A DNA stretch of 63,286 nt, from the NCBI GenBank assembly GCA_028817795.1, contig JAPPOU010000057.1, forward strand, positions 775 through 64,060. The letters run 5' to 3'. The notes under the pieces are model-generated. The model was not told the DNA's origin. It searched no databases and saw only the letters and a list, made by a program, of their open reading frames with translations. Source of the DNA: Alphaproteobacteria bacterium. GTDB lineage: Bacteria > Pseudomonadota > Alphaproteobacteria > Micavibrionales > UBA2020. Of this stretch, positions 10,058 through 19,724 are shown in pieces; within the stretch, counting starts at the first letter, position 1, and each line of letters begins with the position of its first letter. The position numbers were made by a program, and so were the translations under genes.

Positions 10058-10966
10058 ATGAGAAAAAAAGTAAAGCGCTTTAATACGGATATTGCCACAA
10101 AAAAGAATATCGCGCAGCGGACAGAAGAATTTATTTCTTATATTGAAGAAACACCGCATGAAGATATGGATGAAAAACGATACCTGTCCATGATCCGCCA
10201 AGGGCTTGATCTTCACTGGCGCGGGGATAGTGACGAAACGTTGTTGCATGTTGCTGCCGACTGCGCCCTTCCGCGTGGCGTGGAAGAGCTGGTCAGGTCT
10301 GGGATTGGAGTTGATGCCGTAGATGCTGACGGGCAAACGGCGTTGATGTGGGCAATTTCTGAATATCCGTTGGAAGAGCTGCAGGCAGAATCTTTAAAAA
10401 TTATGAGCACGCTTTTGGGGGCAGGCGCAAATCCTGACCATGCGAGTGAAGATGGCTGGACCGAATTAATGCATGCTGCAGAAGGGGGGTGCCTGCCCGC
10501 CGTCAGGCTTTTGTTGCGTGCGGGCGCGCATGTGCTGTTGCAGAATCATGAGGGGCAGACGGCCCACAGTCTGGCAGAGGGAAACGAGCACGATGATGTT
10601 GCTGCTCTGTTACGGGTCTACGAGGAAGAAGCGATGCGCCCTGATTGCATGGGCAAGGCTGGTGATAACTGGTACTGCCCGGATGACAAGCGCGTGACCC
10701 ATGTCACGATTGATGTGGATAGCGGCACTGTGTTGCGTGATACGTTTAATTTCGCAACAGAAGAGCGCCAGACGATTGCCCGTGGCCTGCAGGATGATGC
10801 GGCATTGTCTGTCACGCCCGTACAGGCCTTTCATGCCGTTTCCGCGCCTGGCCTGATGGCGGCGCATCAAGCGTATCAAAAACTGGGTGGCGAGGAGCCG
10901 TTGCATGTCACCCCGCCGGGGCGCGTAGCGCAGCTTTTGCCCAAGCCAAAAGTTCTTAAAACATAA
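10058..10966 (+). CDS. ankyrin-repeat protein with conserved C-terminal domain (paralog 3)
   Basis: ANK repeats (DETLLHVAADCALPRGVEELVRSGIGVD, GWTELMHAAEGGCLPAVRLLLRAGAH). C-terminal TFNFATEERQ...PVQAFHAV...AHQAYQKLGGEEPLHV...LLPKPKV. ATG 10058 chosen; the ORF opens at TTG 10043. Confidence 0.75.
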   Translation: MRKKVKRFNTDIATKKNIAQRTEEFISYIEETPHEDMDEKRYLSMIRQGLDLHWRGDSDETLLHVAADCALPRGVEELVRSGIGVDAVDADGQTALMWAISEYPLEELQAESLKIMSTLLGAGANPDHASEDGWTELMHAAEGGCLPAVRLLLRAGAHVLLQNHEGQTAHSLAEGNEHDDVAALLRVYEEEAMRPDCMGKAGDNWYCPDDKRVTHVTIDVDSGTVLRDTFNFATEERQTIARGLQDDAALSVTPVQAFHAVSAPGLMAAHQAYQKLGGEEPLHVTPPGRVAQLLPKPKVLKT

Positions 10967-11000
10967 AAAAAGCCCCGCAATTTCTCGCGGGGCTTTTTTC
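10964..11000. terminator. bidirectional rho-independent terminator
   Basis: An A-run, agccccgc (10971-10978) pairing with gcggggct (10987-10994), then a T-run. Sits between the convergent ANK gene and ftsZ. Confidence 0.6.
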
Positions 11001-11018
11001 ACGAAGCGGTTTGTGTCG

Positions 11019-12767
11019 TCAGTTGGCCTGACGGCGCAGGAATGCCGGAATATCCAGCTCGTCCTCGTCCTGTTGTCCGCCATCCTCGACCGACAGGCGT
11101 GTTTCGGCCTGAACGGGCGGGGCTTTATCGTCCTTGCGCTGCATGGTAAAGCGCTCGAACAATGACGGTGATTTTTTCGGCTTGGCCGCAGGCGCCTGTT
11201 TTGCAGGTGCGGACAGTGTTTCTTCTTCCGCAGCGCCACCGAACAGGTCGCCCGTGGCGGGTGTGCCTGCTGCATGCGGGTCAGCCGGTTTGGGCGGAAT
11301 GAACGTATCACCCATGCGTGTGCCGCGCAGTTGCGCGCCGCCGCCTTGCGCCGGGGACGGCACGGGGCGTTGGTACGTTTGCGTGGCGGCAGGGCGCTGC
11401 CATGATGCCTGTTCAGCCGTATCGAACTTACGTGCCGTTGCGGCCTGTGTATAGGCAGGTTGGGATGCTTCCGCGTGGCCTTTTTGCTGAGGCTGTTGCG
11501 GGGCGTCTTCCTGTGTGCCGCCTGCCATGACAGGCGCTGCGCTACGGGCAACCGGTTGTGCCGGTTGTTGTTGCGCAGACGGCAGGATGGAGGCCGGAAC
11601 GTCGCCCTGAGCAAAGTTCTCAGCGCCGCGTGGCATATAGGTTGGCGTGACCTGACGCGGACGTTCCGCGCCTGCGCCTTGATAACCGCCTTGTTGCTGC
11701 ACAGGCGATGGCTTCAGGCCTGTGCCAGTGCGGCGGTGGCTTTCGCCCTGCTGCTGCTGTTGAACCTGCTGGACGACAGGGCGGGGCTGCTGGCCTTCCG
11801 CGATAAGGTCGATGCCGGTTGCAACGACCGAAACGCGCATCTTGCCTTCGAAAGACGCATCGAGCGTCGAGCCAAAGATGATATTGGCATCGGGGTCCAC
11901 TTCTTCGCGGATGCGGTTGACGGCTTCGTCAATCTCGAACAGCGTCAAATCGCCGCCGCCAATGACGTTGACCAAAATACCGCGTGCGCCCTTCATCGAG
12001 ACATCGTCGAGAAGCGGGTTCGAGATCGCGGCTTCTGCGGCCATGACAGCACGCTTTTCGCCCTCGGCCTCGCCCGTACCCATCATCGCTTTGCCCATTT
12101 CCGCCATAACAGCGCGGACATCCGCGAAATCAAGGTTGATCTGGCCGGGCATGACCATCAGGTCGGTCACGCCGCGCACGCCCGATTGCAGTACTTCGTC
12201 TGCCATGCGGAACGCGTCAGAGAACGTTGTTTTCTCGTTCGCGATGCGGAACAGGTTCTGGTTTGGAATGATAATCAGCGTATCGACATGCTTTTGCAGT
12301 TCGGCAATGCCACTTTCTGCAAGCTTCATGCGATGCGTGCCTTCAAAGTGGAAAGGCTTTGTGACAACACCGATGGTCAGGATGCCAACAGAGCGTGCGG
12401 CCTGTGCAATCACGGCTGCTGCGCCTGTGCCTGTGCCACCGCCCATACCGGCTGTGACGAAAACCATGTTGGCGCCTTCCAGATAACCCATGATGTCATC
12501 AATGGATTCTTCTGCCGCCGCACGGCCAATTTCGGGGTTCGCGCCCGCGCCCAGACCGCGCGTGACGTTCACGCCCATCTGGATTTTATGCGTTGCCGCG
12601 TTGCCTTCCAGCGCTTGCGCATCGGTGTTGCACACCAAAAAATCGCAGCCTTCAAGGTTCGAATAAATCATGTTGTTGACGGCATTGCCGCCGGCGCCAC
12701 CAACACCAATAACGGTGATTTTCGGGCGTAGTCTGTTGCTTTGACTTTGCATTTTTACGTTTATCAT
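11019..12767 (-). CDS. ftsZ: cell division protein FtsZ
   Basis: [10 protein letters not shown] and GGGTGTGAA tubulin signature, a long Pro/Gln-rich linker, and the conserved C-terminal peptide [14 protein letters not shown]. Confidence 0.97.
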   Translation of the reverse strand: MINVKMQSQSNRLRPKITVIGVGGAGGNAVNNMIYSNLEGCDFLVCNTDAQALEGNAATHKIQMGVNVTRGLGAGANPEIGRAAAEESIDDIMGYLEGANMVFVTAGMGGGTGTGAAAVIAQAARSVGILTIGVVTKPFHFEGTHRMKLAESGIAELQKHVDTLIIIPNQNLFRIANEKTTFSDAFRMADEVLQSGVRGVTDLMVMPGQINLDFADVRAVMAEMGKAMMGTGEAEGEKRAVMAAEAAISNPLLDDVSMKGARGILVNVIGGGDLTLFEIDEAVNRIREEVDPDANIIFGSTLDASFEGKMRVSVVATGIDLIAEGQQPRPVVQQVQQQQQGESHRRTGTGLKPSPVQQQGGYQGAGAERPRQVTPTYMPRGAENFAQGDVPASILPSAQQQPAQPVARSAAPVMAGGTQEDAPQQPQQKGHAEASQPAYTQAATARKFDTAEQASWQRPAATQTYQRPVPSPAQGGGAQLRGTRMGDTFIPPKPADPHAAGTPATGDLFGGAAEEETLSAPAKQAPAAKPKKSPSLFERFTMQRKDDKAPPVQAETRLSVEDGGQQDEDELDIPAFLRRQAN

Positions 12768-12924
12768 GGATGTTCCTCCGCTTCGTGATTTGGCGATTCT
12801 ATCCTGTCACACGCCGTCTTTCCAGAGTCGTAACGCGGTTTTTTGCATTTTTTTTCATCCAACCTGTTGATAAATCAGCAGTTTTTTGGATGCCGCCTGG
12901 AAAAATCCAAGTCTATTGAGTCAG

Positions 12925-14250
12925 TTACCAGTTCTCCTTCAACCAAAGTGTCACCTTTTGCAGTAACGGGCCGCCGATCGGCACGTTGAAGACAAAATTT
13001 TGCGGCTTTTCAAAGACGGGAACTTCGTCCGCATGTGCAACGGCATAGTGCAAAAGCCCCGCGCAGGCTGAAAATGCAGGCCCGCCAGTCGCTTCTGCAA
13101 GACCGCGCATTTTTTGCGGGCGTCCCAAACGCACCTGTTTATCCAGAATAAGTTGCGCGATATCGGTGAGGCCGGAGAGCTGCGATGCGCCGCCCGTCAG
13201 CACCACGCGGCGCCCTGTTTTGGCATCAATACCGCTGTCGACCAGTTTTGCGCGGACAAGTTCGAACGTTTCCTCGATCCGGGGCTGGATGATGCCGGTC
13301 AAAAGCGATTTCGGCACGTAATTAGGTAGAGCATGTTCTTCTTCGCCGACAGGCGGCACATCAATAGTGGCCGCATCGTCCGCAGGTGATGTTTGCGCGC
13401 TGCCATAGAGCGTTTTAATGCGCTCCGCATCGGCAAGCGATGTGGTCAGGCCTCTTGCGATATCGCTGGTGACGTGTTGGCCGCCAACAGGAATGGCGGC
13501 GGTGAAAATCAGCCGTCCTTCGGCAAAAACGGCGATGGATGTCGTGCCGCCGCCCATATCGATCACGGTGCAGCCCAGGTCTTTTTCATCATCGACAAGG
13601 CAGGAAAGCCCCGCCGCATAGGGCGCAGCGCAATAGCCTTCGATATCCAGATGGTTTTGCGCGGCGACGTGTGAGATATTGCGTAATGCCGTTGTATAGG
13701 CGGTGACGGCGCTGATATGCACGCCGATCTGCTGACCCTTCATCCCGCGTGGGTCGGCAATACCGCGCTGGCGGTCCAGCGTGAAATTGCCGGGGATGAC
13801 ATGAATCAAATCATCGCGTCCATGCGCCCCGGCGGCGCGGGCATGGCTGAGCGCGTTGCGCACATCGCGGTCAGTCACAATACCGTTGGTGACGCGGGCA
13901 TCGACGTCCATCTGGTGCGATAGGGCCTGCGTGCCGGGCACGCTGACGTAAACGGATGAAATGGGTCTGTTTTGCAGGCGCTCGCGGGCCATGTTTTCGG
14001 CGGCTTCCACGGCATAGCCAATGGCGTGTTCGGCGGCTTTCAGGTCTGTAATTTTCCCGCTCTTGACGCCCCGCGCGGCCTGATGACCAATGCCGATAAC
14101 GTCCAGCCCGCCGTGCGCGCCGGTTTCTGCGATAAAACAGCACACCTTGCTGGAGCCGATATCCAGCGCGGCAATTACGTCACGTTCGTTCTTGCGCGTG
14201 TTCTCAGGTGTTGGGGGTACTGCCTTTTTATCGTTTTTGTTTTGTGCCAT
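12925..14250 (-). CDS. ftsA: cell division protein FtsA
   Basis: Actin-like ATPase motifs ALDIGSSKVCC, VIDMGGGTTSIAVF and VLTGGASQLSGL, at the expected dcw position. Confidence 0.95.
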   Translation of the reverse strand: MAQNKNDKKAVPPTPENTRKNERDVIAALDIGSSKVCCFIAETGAHGGLDVIGIGHQAARGVKSGKITDLKAAEHAIGYAVEAAENMARERLQNRPISSVYVSVPGTQALSHQMDVDARVTNGIVTDRDVRNALSHARAAGAHGRDDLIHVIPGNFTLDRQRGIADPRGMKGQQIGVHISAVTAYTTALRNISHVAAQNHLDIEGYCAAPYAAGLSCLVDDEKDLGCTVIDMGGGTTSIAVFAEGRLIFTAAIPVGGQHVTSDIARGLTTSLADAERIKTLYGSAQTSPADDAATIDVPPVGEEEHALPNYVPKSLLTGIIQPRIEETFELVRAKLVDSGIDAKTGRRVVLTGGASQLSGLTDIAQLILDKQVRLGRPQKMRGLAEATGGPAFSACAGLLHYAVAHADEVPVFEKPQNFVFNVPIGGPLLQKVTLWLKENW

Positions 14251-14325
14251 CGTGTTTCGCCTCGGTCGTGCTTTGTTTTATTGTTATGTGCGTTTTTTGT
14301 TATGTGCATCTTTTTATTTATTGAG

Positions 14326-15144
14326 TCATATGCTGTCCTTTCCTTCGCCCTGCCCCGGCGTCATGACCATGCGGTCCGGCAGGCGCAGGTCGATAACGGC
14401 AATGTTTTTCTCAAAAATGCCCTGTTCTTTATCCAATCGCGCCAGCCGTGCCAACGCAAAGGTTGTGTCTTGCTCCGGCAGGCGGGCGACAATGCCGTTG
14501 TTCAGGTGCAAATCCCAGCGTCGTGCGCCGACATGAACGGCAGATTCCGTTTTTTTGGCAATGGCAGGCTCGGCGTTCAAAAGTGTCAAAAGGCCGTTCG
14601 CCGCAGTAAATGCTTCTGGCCCGACGACAAGGGGAAGTTGCCGCCACGCTTCAATGTCTTGTGTATCCAGTACAGCGCCATTGCTGTCAATCAGGCGCAC
14701 GGTCTTGCCGTGCTGCCATAGGGCGGCGGGCGTTTTTTCGGTGATCTCGATAATAATTTTATCCGGCAGGCGGCGGGTGATGCGGGCATCTTCCACCCAT
14801 GACAGGGCGGCAACATCGGCGCGTATCTTTTGAAGATCAAGACTGAACATGGGGGCGTGGCGTTGAATGTTTGCTGCGTTCAACAAATCATCTTGCGGCA
14901 GGCGCCTTCTGCCCGCGATCAAGACATCATCCACGCGAAAGCCTGCGGCGGCGGACAGGGCCGTGATTTCTGCTGTCGCACAGGTGTGAAAACGTGATAG
15001 GGCGCTGGTTTTCCATGCGTAACCGCCCGCGCCGCCAATCAGGGCGGCAAGGCCGGTTAAAATAACCGCTTTTTTCAGCTTGTGCCGCCGGACTTTCCCC
15101 CGGCGCCGTGCGGCGCCACGTCCAGCTTTACGAAAGAACCCCAA
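14326..15144 (-). CDS. ftsQ: cell division protein FtsQ
   Basis: Basic N-terminus, a single TM segment (VILTGLAALIGGAGGYAW), a POTRA-like region, and a position between ddl and ftsA. Confidence 0.85.
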   Translation of the reverse strand: MGFFRKAGRGAARRRGKVRRHKLKKAVILTGLAALIGGAGGYAWKTSALSRFHTCATAEITALSAAAGFRVDDVLIAGRRRLPQDDLLNAANIQRHAPMFSLDLQKIRADVAALSWVEDARITRRLPDKIIIEITEKTPAALWQHGKTVRLIDSNGAVLDTQDIEAWRQLPLVVGPEAFTAANGLLTLLNAEPAIAKKTESAVHVGARRWDLHLNNGIVARLPEQDTTFALARLARLDKEQGIFEKNIAVIDLRLPDRMVMTPGQGEGKDSI

Positions 15145-15187
15145 TTTTAAAACCCCTGCAGCTCAAAAGCCCCCTTCGTCTTTTATC

Positions 15188-16132
15188 TTACGTGTGAATG
15201 GTTGCGTTTTCAACCATCCATGCGACAAGATCCCCAAAACTTATCCCCTTATGCGCCGCTTGTTCAGGAACCAACGATGTTGGTGTCATGCCGGGCTGCG
15301 TGTTTGTTTCAAGGTAAAAAAGCCCGCTTGTCCCCGGCATGTTGTCATTATACCTGAAATCCGTGCGCGTAACGCCGCTGCAGCCAAGTTTTTCGTGCGC
15401 CGTAATGGCGTATTGCATTGCGGCATCGGAAACAGCGGTGGGAACATCCGCCGGAATAACATGGCGCGAGCCGCCTTGCGCGTATTTTGCATCGTAATCA
15501 TAAAAATCGGGGCTGATAATATCGGTGACGGCAAGGGCCTGTGCCTTCTCGTTTTTGGTTCCCATAACGGAAACAGTCAGTTCCCGTCCCGGAATAAATT
15601 GCTCAACCAGCGCGATTTTGCCGTAGGCCCATTTCTCCAATCCCAGCGGCGGCTTGTTATCGCCGTCGCGCACGATGTAAACGCCCACGCTTGATCCTTC
15701 ATCGTTGGGTTTGACGACATAAGGTGGTTTCAGGGGGACAATGTTTTTCCGGATATCGTCAATAGTGACCAAATGCCCTTCGGGGCAAGGCACACCTGCC
15801 GTCATCATGATTTCTTTTGATTTTTGCTTGTTCATCGCCAGTGATGACGCCATGGGCCCGGAATGGGTATAGGGAATGCCCATAATTTCCAAAACACCCT
15901 GAATGCAGCCATCTTCCCCGAATTTGCCGTGCAGGGCGTTGAAAACAACGTCGGGGCGGGGGGTGAGCTGTGCCGTGAGGTCGTCAAGATCACGCTTCAC
16001 GTCAATTTCTTTCACGTCATAGCCTTTTTCGCGCAGGGCGGCGGCACAGCCCTTGCCGCTGACAAGGGAAACCTCCCGCTCTGCAGACCACCCGCCCATC
16101 AGGACGGCGACGGATTTTTTTTCTATGCTCAT
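15188..16132 (-). CDS. ddl: D-alanine--D-alanine ligase
   Basis: VAVLMGGWSAEREVSLVSG N-terminus, an ATP-grasp core, and a C-terminal LETNTQPGMTPTSLVPEQA motif. Confidence 0.93.
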   Translation of the reverse strand: MSIEKKSVAVLMGGWSAEREVSLVSGKGCAAALREKGYDVKEIDVKRDLDDLTAQLTPRPDVVFNALHGKFGEDGCIQGVLEIMGIPYTHSGPMASSLAMNKQKSKEIMMTAGVPCPEGHLVTIDDIRKNIVPLKPPYVVKPNDEGSSVGVYIVRDGDNKPPLGLEKWAYGKIALVEQFIPGRELTVSVMGTKNEKAQALAVTDIISPDFYDYDAKYAQGGSRHVIPADVPTAVSDAAMQYAITAHEKLGCSGVTRTDFRYNDNMPGTSGLFYLETNTQPGMTPTSLVPEQAAHKGISFGDLVAWMVENATIHT

Positions 16133-16138
16133 GCCTTG

Positions 16139-17158
16139 TTATCCGGCGGGTTTTGCATCCCGCGCCATAAATTCTAATATATCTTTATCTTCGGGGGCGG
16201 GCACGCCAAGGCGTTTGACCTCCCAGCGCAGCATCAAGCCGTCTTTTTCAAAGACGCGCTTTCTCACCTCTTCGCCCAGTCGTTCAAGATCGGCGGCAGT
16301 GGCGTTATTTTCATTCAGCATGAAATTGCAGTGCATGGTCGACATGGTCGCACCACCAACTTTCAGGCCGCGACAGCCTGCATCGTCAATAAACTCCCAT
16401 GCTTTTTTCGTGATCTTGGGGTCGTCGAGCGATGGGTTGGCAAAGGTTGAGCCACCCGTTTTTGTGCGGATGGGCTGGGTTTCGGCGCGGCGGTTTTTAA
16501 TGTCGCGGATTTTTTCCTCAATCGCCGGTGTGTCGCCGGCAGTGCCTTTGAATGTTGCGGATAAAAAGACAACGTCATCCGGCAAGTGGTTCTTGCGATA
16601 GGTCATGCCCATATTATCTGCCGTCATGGTTTTGATCGTGCCGTTGGGGAACATAACCTCGGCAGAGACAAGCATGTCTTTTGTTTCGGTGTTATAGGCG
16701 CCCGCGTTCATGCGCAATGCCCCGCCGATGGTACCGGGAATGCCTGAAAGAAACTCAAGCCCCGCAATACCGTGCTTGGCAGCGGCAAGGGCAACATTCA
16801 TGTCAATAGCGCCTGCGCCTGCGGTAATCGTGTGCGTATCTTCCTGTACGTCAATCGCGGAAAAATCGCGGCCAAGGCGAATGACGACACCCGGAATGCC
16901 GCCATCGCGGATAATACAGTTTGACATCACACCCAGAACGGTCACCGGAATATCATCGGGGCAGTTTTTAATGAATTGCTCAAGATCGGCGCGGTCTTCG
17001 GGCCGGAACAAAACTTCGGCAGGCCCACCCACGTTCAGCCAGGCGAATTGGCGGAGCGGCGCGTTCGGCGTCATGCGGCCACGGACTTCGGGCAGCTTGT
17101 CTGTCAGGCCGTGCTCGAAATGGGGGGTGTTGATGGTGTGCTTGATAATACGTGTCAT
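16139..17158 (-). CDS. murB: UDP-N-acetylenolpyruvoylglucosamine reductase
   Basis: FAD-binding region LNVGGPAEVLFRPED and VLGVMSNCIIRDGG, with C-terminal GSTFANP. Start trimmed to ATG 17158, which gives an ATGA overlap with the murC stop. Confidence 0.92.
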   Translation of the reverse strand: MTRIIKHTINTPHFEHGLTDKLPEVRGRMTPNAPLRQFAWLNVGGPAEVLFRPEDRADLEQFIKNCPDDIPVTVLGVMSNCIIRDGGIPGVVIRLGRDFSAIDVQEDTHTITAGAGAIDMNVALAAAKHGIAGLEFLSGIPGTIGGALRMNAGAYNTETKDMLVSAEVMFPNGTIKTMTADNMGMTYRKNHLPDDVVFLSATFKGTAGDTPAIEEKIRDIKNRRAETQPIRTKTGGSTFANPSLDDPKITKKAWEFIDDAGCRGLKVGGATMSTMHCNFMLNENNATAADLERLGEEVRKRVFEKDGLMLRWEVKRLGVPAPEDKDILEFMARDAKPAG

Positions 17159-18606
17159 TGCGTGCCGCTCTTTCTCGACATTTCCTCTAGCGCGGGGGGC
17201 AGGGCATAGGCCCATTGCGTGATATTGCCCGCGCCCAGGAAAATCACAAAATCGCCGGGGCGGGCAATATCGCGGATTAACGCGGGCAGTTCATCCGGCC
17301 CGTTGATGGTGCGCACGTCTTTTATGCCTGTTTTTTTAATGCCTGCGGCCAGTGTATCGCGGTTTGCGCCCTCTATCGGGTCTTCGCCTGCAGGATAAAC
17401 GTCTGCCACGATAACGGTGTCGGCATCGGTAAAGCAGGTGCAAAATTCATCAAACAGCGATTTCAGGCGCGAATAACGGTGGGGCTGGGCAATGGCAATG
17501 ACGCGCCCGTTACTATGGCCTGATACCGCCTGCCGCCCGGCTTTTAAGACAGAGATGATTTCAGCCGGGTGATGGGCGTAATCGTCGATGATCGTGATGT
17601 CGTCGACAATGCCTGTCGTCGTAAAGCGGCGCTTGACGCCGCTGAACTTCGACAAGGCTTCCGCCGTTGTTTCCGCCGGAATGCCGATATCGTGCCCCGC
17701 TGCAAAAGCGGCCAGCGCGTTCAAAACGTTATGCGGGCCATACATGGGCAGGCGCACATCGCGCAGGCATTTGGGATAGTGCATCAGGTTTGGCGAGAAT
17801 TTTATATCGAACAGCAGTCCTTCCGGCGTCATGCGGATATTCTCCGCCTTGACCTGCGCCATATCATCCGTGCCATAGGTGATGGTCTTGCGTTTGAACT
17901 GCGGCAGCAATTCGCGCACGACGGGATGGTCTGAACAGGCCACTGCGATGCCATAGAACGGCAGTTGCTCCACATAGTCCAAAAACGCCTGTTTTAAGGC
18001 ATCAAACGTGCCGTAGTAATCAAGGTGTTCGGGGTCGATATTGGTGATGACAGAGACCATGGAGGGCAGCTTGGCAAAGGTGCCGTCACTTTCATCAGAT
18101 TCGACCACCATCCACTTGCCCATGCCCAAACGCGTGTTTGACCCATAGGCGTTAATGATCCCGCCGTTAATAACGGTGGGGCTGAGCGCTGCTTGTTCCA
18201 ACATTGCGCCGACCAGTGATGTCGTTGTTGTTTTGCCGTGCGTGCCGGAAATATTGATGCACCATTTGTTCCGCATCAGCTCTGCCAGCAGCGCGACACG
18301 CGGGATGACTTGAACGTTCATTTTCCGTGCCGCGATAATTTCGGGGTTGCTGTCTTTTACAGCAGTTGATTTCACGACAACGGCGCAGGGGCTGCCCGAT
18401 GCATCGCGTACATTGTCTGGCGCATGGCCGATCATGATGCGGATGCCCAGCGTTTTTAAGCGATCCGTATTCGCGCTTTCCTTTTGGTCCGATCCCTGCA
18501 CGGCATAGCCAAGGTTGTGCAAAAGCTCGGCATAGCCGCTCATGCCAATGCCGCCAATGCCAATGATATGCACGGTCCCGATGGGAAAGGGGATGGTTTT
18601 GCTCAT
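17155..18606 (-). CDS. murC: UDP-N-acetylmuramate--L-alanine ligase
   Basis: HIIGIGGIGMSGYAELL N-terminus and Mur ligase P-loop GTHGKTTTTS. Confidence 0.95.
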   Translation of the reverse strand: MSKTIPFPIGTVHIIGIGGIGMSGYAELLHNLGYAVQGSDQKESANTDRLKTLGIRIMIGHAPDNVRDASGSPCAVVVKSTAVKDSNPEIIAARKMNVQVIPRVALLAELMRNKWCINISGTHGKTTTTSLVGAMLEQAALSPTVINGGIINAYGSNTRLGMGKWMVVESDESDGTFAKLPSMVSVITNIDPEHLDYYGTFDALKQAFLDYVEQLPFYGIAVACSDHPVVRELLPQFKRKTITYGTDDMAQVKAENIRMTPEGLLFDIKFSPNLMHYPKCLRDVRLPMYGPHNVLNALAAFAAGHDIGIPAETTAEALSKFSGVKRRFTTTGIVDDITIIDDYAHHPAEIISVLKAGRQAVSGHSNGRVIAIAQPHRYSRLKSLFDEFCTCFTDADTVIVADVYPAGEDPIEGANRDTLAAGIKKTGIKDVRTINGPDELPALIRDIARPGDFVIFLGAGNITQWAYALPPALEEMSRKSGTQ

Positions 18607-18638
18607 AAATAATCCTTTAAGTCCGTTCTTTGGCTGCG

Positions 18639-19724
18639 TCAGCCAGCGGTCTTTTCAGCCAGATCCGCAAGGTACGCCGTCGCGTCGGGCCGGCCACAGC
18701 CGTGCGCCTTTTGCGCGGCGTCGGCCAGTATAGCAGGGTTTTCAACGAATTCGCGGATTTTTTGGGCCAGATATTCAGGCGTGAAATCAGCCTGTTGCAC
18801 GACCCATGCGCCCCCGGCCTCGACGAGTGTTTTTGTGTTATGTAATTGCTGTTGATCCGCATGGCCGGGCAGGGGGATAAAAATGGCAGGCCTGCCGACC
18901 ACAGCCATTTCCGTGACCGTCGAGGCCCCGGACCGGCCAATAAACACATGCGTTGCCGCAAGGCGTTTTGCCATGTCCGGGAAAAACGGCGCAACGTCGG
19001 CTTTCGTGCCGTTTTGCGCGTAGGTTTTTTCCACAGCGTCCAGCGTTTCCGCGCGCGCTTGATGCATCAGGCGTATCTTGGCGCGAATTTCGGGCGGTAA
19101 AAGATTTGTCGCTGCGGGGATCACATCGCTAAGAATGTTTGCTCCCTGACTGCCGCCGGTAATCAAGATGACGGTTTCACCGTTGTGCGCGGGATAGGGC
19201 TGGTCACGCAATGCGATGATGGGGGCGCGGACGGGGTTTCCAGTGATAGTGACCTTTGGATTTTTTTCGAGGCTGATTGTTTTTTCGGCAGATGCCCCCA
19301 CGGCGGTGGCCAGCCGCAGCAGGACGGCGTTGGCCTTGCCCAGAACAGCATTTTGTTCATGCAAAAGCGTTTTACGGCCCAAAATTTGTGCGGCAAAGAC
19401 AGCAGGGAACGACGGGTAGCCGCCAAAGCCCACAGTGACATGCGGCCTGTATTTCAGAACAAGGCAGAGCCCTTGCAAAATGCCCATCCCCATATTGAAT
19501 ACGGCGGTGATTTTCGAAAGGATGCCGGGTTTGAGCGTCGCAGCCCTCACGCAATGTACGGGCACGTTGTCCCCAAGGCTTTTAAAGGCATGGCCGCGCT
19601 TGTCGGTGACGATTACAACCTTGTGCCCGCGCTTTAAAAGCGCTGTTGCCAGCGCTTCGGCGGGAAACAGATGGCCACCTGTGCCGCCTGCGGACAGCAT
19701 GAAAGTTTTTTGTGGATCAGGCAT
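18639..19724 (-). CDS. murG: undecaprenyl-PP-MurNAc-pentapeptide UDP-GlcNAc transferase
   Basis: SAGGTGGHLFPAEALA motif and C-terminal GASTVTEMAVVGRPAIFIPLP. Confidence 0.93.
   Translation of the reverse strand: MPDPQKTFMLSAGGTGGHLFPAEALATALLKRGHKVVIVTDKRGHAFKSLGDNVPVHCVRAATLKPGILSKITAVFNMGMGILQGLCLVLKYRPHVTVGFGGYPSFPAVFAAQILGRKTLLHEQNAVLGKANAVLLRLATAVGASAEKTISLEKNPKVTITGNPVRAPIIALRDQPYPAHNGETVILITGGSQGANILSDVIPAATNLLPPEIRAKIRLMHQARAETLDAVEKTYAQNGTKADVAPFFPDMAKRLAATHVFIGRSGASTVTEMAVVGRPAIFIPLPGHADQQQLHNTKTLVEAGGAWVVQQADFTPEYLAQKIREFVENPAILADAAQKAHGCGRPDATAYLADLAEKTAG

Noticed and set aside
10610-12731. Long ORFs 10610-11614(-), 11460-12731(+) and 11812-12486(+) around ftsZ.
   Set aside because: They overlap the well-supported ftsZ and the third ANK gene in other frames or on the other strand, with low-complexity Arg/Cys/His-rich translations. 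They are spurious.
12870-12915. Small hairpin ttggat/atccaa upstream of ftsZ.
   Set aside because: It has only a 6-bp stem with a 13-nt loop. This is within chance expectation.
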